From Patescibacteria group bacterium (GTDB taxonomy: Bacteria; Patescibacteriota; Patescibacteriia; UBA9570), in the NCBI GenBank assembly GCA_041660305.1, contig JBAZWO010000002.1, positions 132,739 through 196,738 on the forward strand: DNA of 64,000 nucleotides, written 5' to 3'. The position numbers and the translations under genes are program-made. The notes beneath the pieces were generated by a model. That model searched no databases, was not told the DNA's origin, and saw only the letters and a program-made list of their open reading frames with translations. The first letter of the stretch is position 1; each line of letters begins with the position of its first letter. Shown here one piece after another: positions 42,769 through 50,519 of the stretch.

Positions 42769-43917
42769 TTACTTATTAGAGGGTGCTTGTGTAAATAAAT
42801 AAAATTCTTGCGCCACTTGTTCTAATTCAGTAATGGCTTGTGGTAATAATAAAACTTCATCAAAACGTTTACTGCGCATTTTGGTTATAATTGGATTTAT
42901 TTCTTTTTCATAACACAGGTACTCAGCATTACTAAGATATTCAAGAAAATTTGATAAAACTGAATCTAAACTTAAACCAAATTGATAAACCATTAATTTT
43001 TCAAAAAAACGATCCTGTTGTATATATTCTTCAGCATTTTGCCATATTGGCCTATATCCATCATGAGCCGGTATTGGATGAATGGCAATGTTTTTTGATG
43101 TGTTTAACCTTAGTCCGTCCAAATCAAACATAATGCCACTTTTATCAGATTTTTTTACACCTAAATTTTTTGGACAAATATCTTGTATCACTAAACCATT
43201 GTTTAATAAGTGAAGAGCCGCTTTCATGCAATCAAGCGTAGCCTTCAACAACTCTTGAGCTGAATAGAAATTTTCATCTTCTTTCATGGTATAAAAATCC
43301 ACTTCTTCAACAATCATTGGTACGGCAAAACTACTCCAATGCAAACGTGATGGTAATGGTTTGAATCCTACTCTATGTATACGAACAATGTTAGGATGTG
43401 GTGGTAATGATGCTAGCTTTTGTGTCGCTAAAGAAAAACTAGGAGGAAAGCTTACAGGTTTGCCGCGCCATACATAGCGTTGTCCAGCGTAATCTTGAAT
43501 AACGTATTTTAAAGTATTAGTATCAAGTTCCTCAGCCGGTTTTTGTAGTGCTTTTTCATTAAAATAATATTCATAATTTTGATGAGGTAACAACACTAGT
43601 AGCTTGTCTAGCAACGCTTTTTTAATAGGCTGAACAACAGCTTCTACTTCAGCCGCGCTAAGTACCATGCCTTCGTCATCAGGCAACATAATATCACGAG
43701 CATATGTTAAAAAATATTCTTCTTCTAAACCATGAATTAAAATACTTGCTTGTTCTATGTTAGCTGGCAACCAACGTATACTTGTAGCAATGTTTTCGGC
43801 ACAAGTATCAATGTCGGTAGCTAATACTGCCTCATGTTGGCAGATAGCTCTATTTAAAATCATCGTTTTTTCACGGTTAGGGTTATTTTTAAAAAATTGT
43901 TCTAAATGTCTAGACAT
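42769..43917 (-). CDS. atypical protein-kinase-like protein (possibly pseudokinase)
   Basis: HPNIVRIH, hinge-like MIVEEVDF, catalytic-loop-like VIQDICPKNLGV (compare HRDLKPEN), DLDG (compare DFG). No Gly-rich loop recognised. Confidence 0.45.
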   Translation of the reverse strand: MSRHLEQFFKNNPNREKTMILNRAICQHEAVLATDIDTCAENIATSIRWLPANIEQASILIHGLEEEYFLTYARDIMLPDDEGMVLSAAEVEAVVQPIKKALLDKLLVLLPHQNYEYYFNEKALQKPAEELDTNTLKYVIQDYAGQRYVWRGKPVSFPPSFSLATQKLASLPPHPNIVRIHRVGFKPLPSRLHWSSFAVPMIVEEVDFYTMKEDENFYSAQELLKATLDCMKAALHLLNNGLVIQDICPKNLGVKKSDKSGIMFDLDGLRLNTSKNIAIHPIPAHDGYRPIWQNAEEYIQQDRFFEKLMVYQFGLSLDSVLSNFLEYLSNAEYLCYEKEINPIITKMRSKRFDEVLLLPQAITELEQVAQEFYLFTQAPSNK

Positions 43918-44047
43918 AATATTACTAAACGTATTAATTTAAGTTGCGAACTGTTTAATTTAGATCATGTTTATGTTATCATATTACCATATATTTTATG
44001 CCAGACAAAAGCTCTATTTAGTATAATTAAAATTATTATTAGTTTTT

Positions 44048-44278
44048 ATGAATCAAATACAAAATTTTAATAAATGTAACGTTTGTAACAGCACCAACAT
44101 TGATCGTGGCGAAATTAGCGGTAGCGGAAATTTTGGTTACAGTCCAGCGCACACAGATTGGCTAGCGGAAAATACACCCGTATCGGCTAATTTATGCTTA
44201 GATTGTGGTAATTTACAACTTTATTTTAAAACGGATTATCTTAATATTATTAAACAGCGTTTGGCAAAACAAAAATGA
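44048..44278 (+). CDS. small zinc-ribbon protein
   Basis: 76 aa with CNVCNS ... CLDCGN. Confidence 0.45.
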   Translation: MNQIQNFNKCNVCNSTNIDRGEISGSGNFGYSPAHTDWLAENTPVSANLCLDCGNLQLYFKTDYLNIIKQRLAKQK

Positions 44279-44336
44279 AACCAACCACACGATTTTTAAT
44301 AAAAGACATATTATTTATACTTGGTTTTTTGGATAT

Positions 44337-44741
44337 ATGGCCATTAGTTATCTAATGGTCTTTGTGCCGGCTCCTATTTATAAAAATTATTATCAACCAC
44401 TTTGCCAGAAAAATTGTTTAAATATTGGTTACGATCGTAGTGAAGCTGTGATACCAAGCTTAGGCCATCGTTCTGGCAACAATCCGACTTATTACATTAG
44501 ATCAATTCATGACGATACGCAAGAATTGACAGGAAAAAAGTTATGCTGTATTTGCAGTAGGTTTATTAGGACGAGCGATAAAGGATATAAATGGGAGGAT
44601 AAAGTCATTTGGCCAGCATTTTTTACTGGCATATATTGGCTAGATTATAACATTGCTTTGATTATCCCAATTTTACCTTTAGGTACACTACTTTTTATTA
44701 CTGGCATTATCGTGGTAATAAAAATAAAAAGACAAAAATAA
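44337..44741 (+). CDS. hypothetical membrane protein
   Basis: ATG 44337 (MAISYLMVFVP) preferred over the 44205 ORF start, which overlaps the previous gene. N- and C-terminal TM helices with a Cys-containing middle part. Confidence 0.4.
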   Translation: MAISYLMVFVPAPIYKNYYQPLCQKNCLNIGYDRSEAVIPSLGHRSGNNPTYYIRSIHDDTQELTGKKLCCICSRFIRTSDKGYKWEDKVIWPAFFTGIYWLDYNIALIIPILPLGTLLFITGIIVVIKIKRQK

Positions 44742-44973
44742 TAATATCACCTACTTTTAATACATAATCAATCTTATCCGGATTTTATTTGCAGAAATAA
44801 CTATAATAATAAGTCACTACATACTTTGCGTGATGTGTAAAATAATATATATTGGCAGAATCACTGATGTCACAGATTAAATTTTATCTGTGTCATCATG
44901 AATTTTATCAGAATTATCAGTGATTCAAACAAAAATAGTAGACACTTACTCTAATTTATGCTAAAAAGCGTAT

Positions 44974-46752
44974 ATGCCATTAACTACTCAGGCTATACGT
45001 CAAAAATATTTAGACTATTTTAAAAGTAATGGTCACGCTGTTATTAACTCGGCTAGCTTGTTGCCAGAAAATGATCCAACAGTGTTGTTTACCACGGCTG
45101 GCATGCACCCGTTAACGCCTTATTTAATGGGTGAAACGCATCCATTAGGGACGCGGTTAACTTCGTGTCAGAAATGCGTGCGCACGGGTGATATTGATGA
45201 AGTCGGCGATCGCTGGCATCTCACGTTTTTTGAAATGTTAGGCAACTGGTCGTTAGGTGATTATTTTAAAAAAGAGGCTATTAGCATGAGCTATGAGTTT
45301 TTAACGAGTAAAAATTGGTTAGGTATTAATCCAGAAAAATTATCGGTTACGGTATTTGCCGGCGATGCTGATGCTCCTAAAGATAATGAAGCCGCTACTA
45401 TCTGGCGTAATTTAGGCATCCCAGATGAGCGCATTTATTATTACGGTAAAGAACACAATTGGTGGGGGCCGGCCGGCACTACCGGGCCATGCGGGCCAGA
45501 CACTGAAATGTTTTATGATACCGGCACCGAAAAATGCAATCCACAATGCGACCCTAGTTGTTCTTGCGGCAAATATGTAGAAATTTGGAACGATGTGTTT
45601 ATGCAGTTTAACAAAAAAGCTGACGGCACTTATGAAGAGTTGAAACAAAAAAACGTCGATACCGGCATGGGACTAGAACGAGTAGCGGCTATTATTAATC
45701 AACAGGAAGATGTGTATAGTACCGATATTTTTTCACCGTTACTGCAAGCCATTCGATCTGCTAGTACAGCGCCACATGAACAAAAATCAGCTAGAATTAT
45801 TGCCGATCATGTGCGGGCAGCTGTGTTCATGATTACCGATGGCATAGCGCCGTCAAATTTAGATCAGGGCTACGTGTTGCGCCGTTTAATTCGTAGAGCG
45901 TTGCGTCATGGTAAAAAAATTGGTTTAAAACAGTTTGGCTTGCAAGATTTAGCCGACATCGTTATTCAACAATATCAAGCCTTTTATCCTGAATTAGATA
46001 CTAACAAATCAGAAATAAAGTTAGAATTAGTAAAAGAAGAAGAAAAATTTCAGCACACCTTAGTAAAAGGCGAACAGCAATTTGCTAAAATGATTGTTGG
46101 TTTAAAACCCAATGCTCAATTATCTACCGAACAGGTTTTTCATTTATATGATACTTACGGTTTTCCATTAGAATTAACCGAAGAACTGGCTAAAGAGCAT
46201 GGTTTAACAGTAGATAATACTGGTTTTACAAAGCTATTTAAACAGCATCAAGCGCAATCACGCTTAGGAGCGGAGAAAAAATTTAAAGGCGGGTTAGCCG
46301 ACGCTTCAGATATTTCTGTACGTAGCCATACTGCTACACATTTATTGCAAGCGGCTTTGCGCCAAATTTTAGGCAATCATGTTTTTCAAAAAGGTTCGAA
46401 TATTACGCCAGAGCGGATTCGCTTTGATTTTTCTCACCCACAAAAAATGACCAGCGAACAAATTAAATTAGTGGAAGATTTAGTTAACGAACAAATAAAG
46501 CGCGCTTTACCAGTTCAGCAAGACATTATGAATCTAGATGATGCTAAAACCACTGGCGCCATTGGTTTATTTTCTAGTAAATACGGTGATAAAGTAAAAG
46601 TGTACACTATTGGCGATTTTTCCAAAGAATTTTGCGGCGGGCCGCACGTAAATAACACTCGCGAAATTGGTCATTTTAAAATTATCAAAGAAGAAGCCTC
46701 TAGCGCCGGCGTGCGCCGAATTAAAGCTAAGTTATCCACAGTTTCAATTTGA
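44974..46752 (+). CDS. alaS: alanine--tRNA ligase, compact form lacking the C-Ala domain
   Basis: FTTAGMHP, CQKCVRTGD..HLTFFEMLGNWSLGDYFK, DTGMGLERV, editing-domain HTATHLL..CGGPHV. The ORF ends after 592 aa. Confidence 0.9.
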   Translation: MPLTTQAIRQKYLDYFKSNGHAVINSASLLPENDPTVLFTTAGMHPLTPYLMGETHPLGTRLTSCQKCVRTGDIDEVGDRWHLTFFEMLGNWSLGDYFKKEAISMSYEFLTSKNWLGINPEKLSVTVFAGDADAPKDNEAATIWRNLGIPDERIYYYGKEHNWWGPAGTTGPCGPDTEMFYDTGTEKCNPQCDPSCSCGKYVEIWNDVFMQFNKKADGTYEELKQKNVDTGMGLERVAAIINQQEDVYSTDIFSPLLQAIRSASTAPHEQKSARIIADHVRAAVFMITDGIAPSNLDQGYVLRRLIRRALRHGKKIGLKQFGLQDLADIVIQQYQAFYPELDTNKSEIKLELVKEEEKFQHTLVKGEQQFAKMIVGLKPNAQLSTEQVFHLYDTYGFPLELTEELAKEHGLTVDNTGFTKLFKQHQAQSRLGAEKKFKGGLADASDISVRSHTATHLLQAALRQILGNHVFQKGSNITPERIRFDFSHPQKMTSEQIKLVEDLVNEQIKRALPVQQDIMNLDDAKTTGAIGLFSSKYGDKVKVYTIGDFSKEFCGGPHVNNTREIGHFKIIKEEASSAGVRRIKAKLSTVSI

Positions 46753-46756
46753 GTAT

Positions 46757-46784
46757 TTGACATTCTAACGGATCATTGTATAAT
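46757..46784 (+). promoter_or_regulatory. near-consensus sigma70 promoter (TTGACA-16-TATAAT) upstream of the infA r-protein operon
   Basis: TTGACA 46757-46762, TATAAT 46779-46784 preceded by TG. infA ATG is 113 nt downstream. Confidence 0.6.
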
Positions 46785-46896
46785 AGCAAATGCTGTTCAG
46801 ACACCCAAGAATTAGGCAAAGAAATTGACAATATAGCATGAATTTAATGATTTATTAAATAATTTTAATAAAAACTCTTCTAGAGTTATTTTTTTA

Positions 46897-47157
46897 ATGC
46901 CAAACGTTCAGAACAATTCAGTAGCCAGAGCCAGCGCTAAAGCTAGCAAAAAAGGTTTTATTGAAGTACAGGGAGAGGTGCTAGAATTATTGCCAAATGC
47001 CATGTCTAAAATAAAGCTAGATAATGGCCATCAGATTCTTGGAATCATGTCTGGAAAAATGCGCATGCACAAGATTAAAGTAATGCCCGGAGATAGAGTA
47101 ACATTAGAAATGACACCTTACGATTTAACCAAAGGAAGAATTACTTATCGATATTAA
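46897..47157 (+). CDS. infA: translation initiation factor IF-1
   Basis: [62 protein letters not shown]. Carries an N-terminal extension of about 14 aa. Confidence 0.9.
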   Translation: MPNVQNNSVARASAKASKKGFIEVQGEVLELLPNAMSKIKLDNGHQILGIMSGKMRMHKIKVMPGDRVTLEMTPYDLTKGRITYRY

Positions 47158-47166
47158 ATTAATATT

Positions 47167-47280
47167 ATGAAAGTACAATCATCGGCCAAACCAATTTGCA
47201 AACAATGTCGTGTAGTGCGACGGAAGGGTCGAGTAAGAGTGATTTGTAAAATTGCTAAACATAAACAACGACAAGGATAA
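47167..47280 (+). CDS. rpmJ: 50S ribosomal protein L36 (not in the ORF track)
   Basis: Manual translation: [37 protein letters not shown]. Has the C-x2-C...C Zn-ribbon-type pattern and the canonical position between infA and rpsM. Confidence 0.9.
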   Translation: MKVQSSAKPICKQCRVVRRKGRVRVICKIAKHKQRQG

Positions 47281-47304
47281 TATATTAAAATAATATATAA
47301 AACT

Positions 47305-47700
47305 ATGGCAGCACGTATATCGGGAGTAAATTTACCAAGTGAAAAACGTATTGAAATAGCGTTAACGTATATTTATGGCGTTGGTTTAACGTTGTCTAAG
47401 AAAATTTTAGTAGCCACTGGTATCGATCCAAATACTAGAGCTAAACAGTTAACTGAAGCACAAGTTAATGCGATTAAAAATTATATTGATAAACAAGAGT
47501 ATATTATTGAAGGAGAATTGCGGCGTGAAATATTAGCTAATATCAAGCGCTTAAAGGAAATCAGTTCTTATCGTGGCAATCGGCACAGTCGACATTTGCC
47601 AGCTCGTGGTCAACGCACTAAAACTAATACTAGAACGGTGCGTGGTAATGTACGTAGAACTATGGGTTCTGGCAGAAAATCAACTTCTGAAAAAACTTGA
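47305..47700 (+). CDS. rpsM: 30S ribosomal protein S13
   Basis: [35 protein letters not shown]. Confidence 0.95.
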   Translation: MAARISGVNLPSEKRIEIALTYIYGVGLTLSKKILVATGIDPNTRAKQLTEAQVNAIKNYIDKQEYIIEGELRREILANIKRLKEISSYRGNRHSRHLPARGQRTKTNTRTVRGNVRRTMGSGRKSTSEKT

Positions 47701-47729
47701 TTAATTATTTTTATAAATCATTGTAATTT

Positions 47730-48113
47730 ATGGATGAAGTTAAGCGAAAAAAGAAACGAAAGAAAGCTATTAGTAAGGGCAGTATTCATGTGCTGTCTAC
47801 GTATAATAATACGATTATTACGTTTACCGATGAAATGGGTAATGCTTTAGCTAGTGGCAGCTCTGGTCGTTATGGTTTTCGTGGACCAAAAAAAGCCACA
47901 CCATATGCCGCTGGGGTAGTAGTAAGAGAAACCACGGAAAAAATAAAAGACATTGGTTTAAAAGATGTTACAGTGTTTATTAAAGGTATTGGTAGCGGTA
48001 GAGATGGCGCGTTACGCGCTATTAATGCGGCTGGCTATAATATTTTAGCTATTAAAGATATTACACCAATTCCACATAATGGTTGTCGGCCAAAAAAACC
48101 ACGCCGAGTCTAA
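47730..48113 (+). CDS. rpsK: 30S ribosomal protein S11
   Basis: IHVLSTYNNTIITFTDEMGN..TPYAA...ITPIPHNGCRPKKPRRV. Confidence 0.95.
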   Translation: MDEVKRKKKRKKAISKGSIHVLSTYNNTIITFTDEMGNALASGSSGRYGFRGPKKATPYAAGVVVRETTEKIKDIGLKDVTVFIKGIGSGRDGALRAINAAGYNILAIKDITPIPHNGCRPKKPRRV

Positions 48114-48130
48114 ATAAATAAATATAAATT

Positions 48131-48745
48131 ATGGCAAGAAATTTAAAACCACGCTGTAAACAATGTCGCAGAATCGGCGAAAGCGTTTGTGGCAAAGCTA
48201 AATGCGCTCTACGTAAGCGCAATACTGTTCCCGGACAACACGGCAACTCTAAACGCCGACCACGTATTACACAATATGGTCTGCAATTACGAGAAAAACA
48301 AAAAGCCAAGTTACTTTATGGTATTTTAGAAAAACAATTTCAAAATTATTTTACAGCCGCTAGTAAGCACGTTGGTAATACCAGCGAGTTGTTCATGCAA
48401 TTATTAGAAATGCGTTTAGATAATGCGGTGTATCGTAGTGGCTTTTCTACTACTCGGCGACAAGCTCGACAATTAGTTTCGCATGCTCACGTATTAGTGA
48501 ATGGAAAAATTTGTAATATACCATCTCGACAATTAAAAATAAACGATGTAGTTAGTATTAAAACTAATAGTCAAGCTAGTAAGTTAATTAAAGATATGGT
48601 ACCTACTTTAAAAATGCATGAAGCGCCGCAATGGTTACAAGTAAGCGCCGATCCATTGCAATTTAAAGTAATGGCCAAACCAACTACTAAGGATGCCGAA
48701 CAGGGGATACTAGTTAATTTAATCGTAGAATATTATTCTCGTTAA
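48131..48745 (+). CDS. rpsD: 30S ribosomal protein S4
   Basis: N-terminal Cys cluster CKQCRR..CGKAKC, QLREKQK, S4 domain RLDN..YR.GF..TRRQARQLV.H. Confidence 0.95.
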   Translation: MARNLKPRCKQCRRIGESVCGKAKCALRKRNTVPGQHGNSKRRPRITQYGLQLREKQKAKLLYGILEKQFQNYFTAASKHVGNTSELFMQLLEMRLDNAVYRSGFSTTRRQARQLVSHAHVLVNGKICNIPSRQLKINDVVSIKTNSQASKLIKDMVPTLKMHEAPQWLQVSADPLQFKVMAKPTTKDAEQGILVNLIVEYYSR

Positions 48746-48766
48746 TAAATCAAAAACTACAATTAT

Positions 48767-49465
48767 ATGGAAATTCAATTACCAAGCCAAATTACCAATA
48801 CGCCAATTGCTGAACATCGTACTTTATTTACTATCTCACCTTGTTATCCAGGTTATGGCACTACCTTAGGCAATGCCTTGCGTCGAGTACTATTATCATC
48901 TATTCCCGGAGGAGCTATTGTGGCTTTCAAAATTAAGGGAGTGGATCATGAATTTTCTACTATAAAACACGTAAAAGAAGACATGGTTGATGTGATGTTA
49001 AATTTAAAACAAGTGCGTTTAAAAGTATTTTCTGATGAACCAGTGGAATTTCATTTAGTGGTTACGGGTAAGAAAAAAGTACAAGCTAAACATTTTGAAA
49101 AACATAACGAAGTTGAGGTAGTTAATCCAGATCAAGTAATTGCTACATTAACAGATGCGGCCGCTAAACTTGATATGACTGTTTTGGTACAAAAAGGCAT
49201 TGGTTATTGGCCAGTGGAAATGCGTGAAAACGAAAAATTGGATGTTGGTTATATTGCCGTAGATGCAGTTTATACACCAATAAAAAATGTGAATTTTAAA
49301 ATTGAACATGTGCGAGTAGAACAAATGACTAATTATGATAAGTTAATGCTAGATATTAGTACCGACGGTTCAATTTCACCACAGGAGGCTTTAACGGAAG
49401 CTTGTAGTCGTTTAGTTAATCACTTTAACTTAATTCAGAACTCAGTAACTACAGTTGCTGAATAA
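48767..49465 (+). CDS. rpoA: DNA-directed RNA polymerase alpha subunit, N-terminal domain only
   Basis: GYGTTLGNALRRVLLSSIPG and the rest of the alpha-NTD. The ORF stops at 232 aa and rplQ starts 8 nt later. Confidence 0.9.
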   Translation: MEIQLPSQITNTPIAEHRTLFTISPCYPGYGTTLGNALRRVLLSSIPGGAIVAFKIKGVDHEFSTIKHVKEDMVDVMLNLKQVRLKVFSDEPVEFHLVVTGKKKVQAKHFEKHNEVEVVNPDQVIATLTDAAAKLDMTVLVQKGIGYWPVEMRENEKLDVGYIAVDAVYTPIKNVNFKIEHVRVEQMTNYDKLMLDISTDGSISPQEALTEACSRLVNHFNLIQNSVTTVAE

Positions 49466-49473
49466 AAGCTTAT

Positions 49474-49743
49474 ATGAGACACCATAAAACCATTCCTAAA
49501 CTAGGCAAAAATAAAGCGGCTCGTACGGCATTATTGAATAATTTAGTAAGAAGCTTTTTTTTACATCACAGTTTAGTTACCACTGTAGCTAAAGCTAAAG
49601 CAGTGCAGCCGTTAATTGAAAAATCCATTACCAAACAGCCAAAGTTAAAGTTAAATAAAAACGGTGGTTATACTCGGCTAGTGCATTTAACGCCTAGGGT
49701 TGGTGACGGTGCTCCGCGGGCTAAACTTGAATTAATATCATAA
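49474..49743 (+). CDS. rplQ: 50S ribosomal protein L17 (short form)
   Basis: MRHHKTIPKLGKNKAARTALLNNL.., GGYTRLVHL..R.GDGAP.A.LEL. About 30 aa shorter than E. coli L17 through an internal gap. Confidence 0.85.
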   Translation: MRHHKTIPKLGKNKAARTALLNNLVRSFFLHHSLVTTVAKAKAVQPLIEKSITKQPKLKLNKNGGYTRLVHLTPRVGDGAPRAKLELIS

Positions 49744-49747
49744 TTAT

Positions 49748-50086
49748 ATGAAACGTAGTGTACATAATATCAATGCTAGTGGTCGTGTCTTGGGTAAGTT
49801 AGCTACGGAAGTGGCCGTATTGTTAATGGGTAAGCACAAACCGGAATATGAACCGCATACTAATTGTGGTGATATTGTAGTTGTTACTGCCGTAGATCAG
49901 ATGAAATTAGATAAGAAAAAAATGGAACAAAAAATCTATTATCATCATACATTGTTTCCTGGTGGAGTGAAAGCTAAAACAGCCAAAAACATGCCGAAAG
50001 ATAAAATGCTAAGAACAGCGGTTTATAATATGTTACCTAAAAATAAATTACGAGCTAAATTGCTTAGACGTTTAACAATACAATAA
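49748..50086 (+). CDS. rplM: 50S ribosomal protein L13 (short form)
   Basis: GRVLGKLATEVAVLLMGKHKPEY.PH...GD.VVV, YYHH..FPGG, MLPKN.L. Confidence 0.9.
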   Translation: MKRSVHNINASGRVLGKLATEVAVLLMGKHKPEYEPHTNCGDIVVVTAVDQMKLDKKKMEQKIYYHHTLFPGGVKAKTAKNMPKDKMLRTAVYNMLPKNKLRAKLLRRLTIQ

Positions 50087-50499
50087 TGGTACAAGCAACA
50101 ATTTCAAAAAAATCATATCTTAGCGCTATTGGTCGGCGTAAATGTGCTGTGGCCAATGTTCGTTTTTATAAAAAAGACACTGGTGATATTGAAGTGAATG
50201 GCCAGCCGTTTAAAAAATATTTTCCAACTAAAGAGCTACAAGCTATCGTAAAATCACCATTGGTTCGTGTTGGTGTTGGTGAAACCAGTAAAATTACTAT
50301 TAAAGTAAATGGCGGCGGCAAACAAGCGCAGGCTGAAAGCACTAGATTAGCTATTGCCAGAGTTTTGGTATTAACTGAAGCTACTTTGAAACCGGCTTTA
50401 CGCCAAGCTGGGTATTTAACCAGAGATCCGCGTGTGAAAGAACGCAAGAAACCAGGCTTAAAACGAGCCAGACGAGCACCACAGTGGGCTAAACGCTAG
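50086..50499 (+). CDS. rpsI: 30S ribosomal protein S9
   Basis: GRRK.AVA.V, GGG...QAE..R.AIAR.L, TRDPR.KERKK.G...AR...Q..KR. Confidence 0.95.
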   Translation: MVQATISKKSYLSAIGRRKCAVANVRFYKKDTGDIEVNGQPFKKYFPTKELQAIVKSPLVRVGVGETSKITIKVNGGGKQAQAESTRLAIARVLVLTEATLKPALRQAGYLTRDPRVKERKKPGLKRARRAPQWAKR

Positions 50500-50519
50500 T
50501 AATTATTTACATATTCGGT

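Noticed and set aside
44205-44360. Possible frameshifted gene. A 26-codon ORF from ATG 44275 (MKPTTRFLIKDILFILGFLDIWPLVI) runs into the 44205/44337 ORF in another frame near a T6 run.
   Set aside because: This could be a pseudogene or a sequencing slip at the homopolymer, but the downstream ORF has its own ATG (44337). I cannot show homology across the junction.
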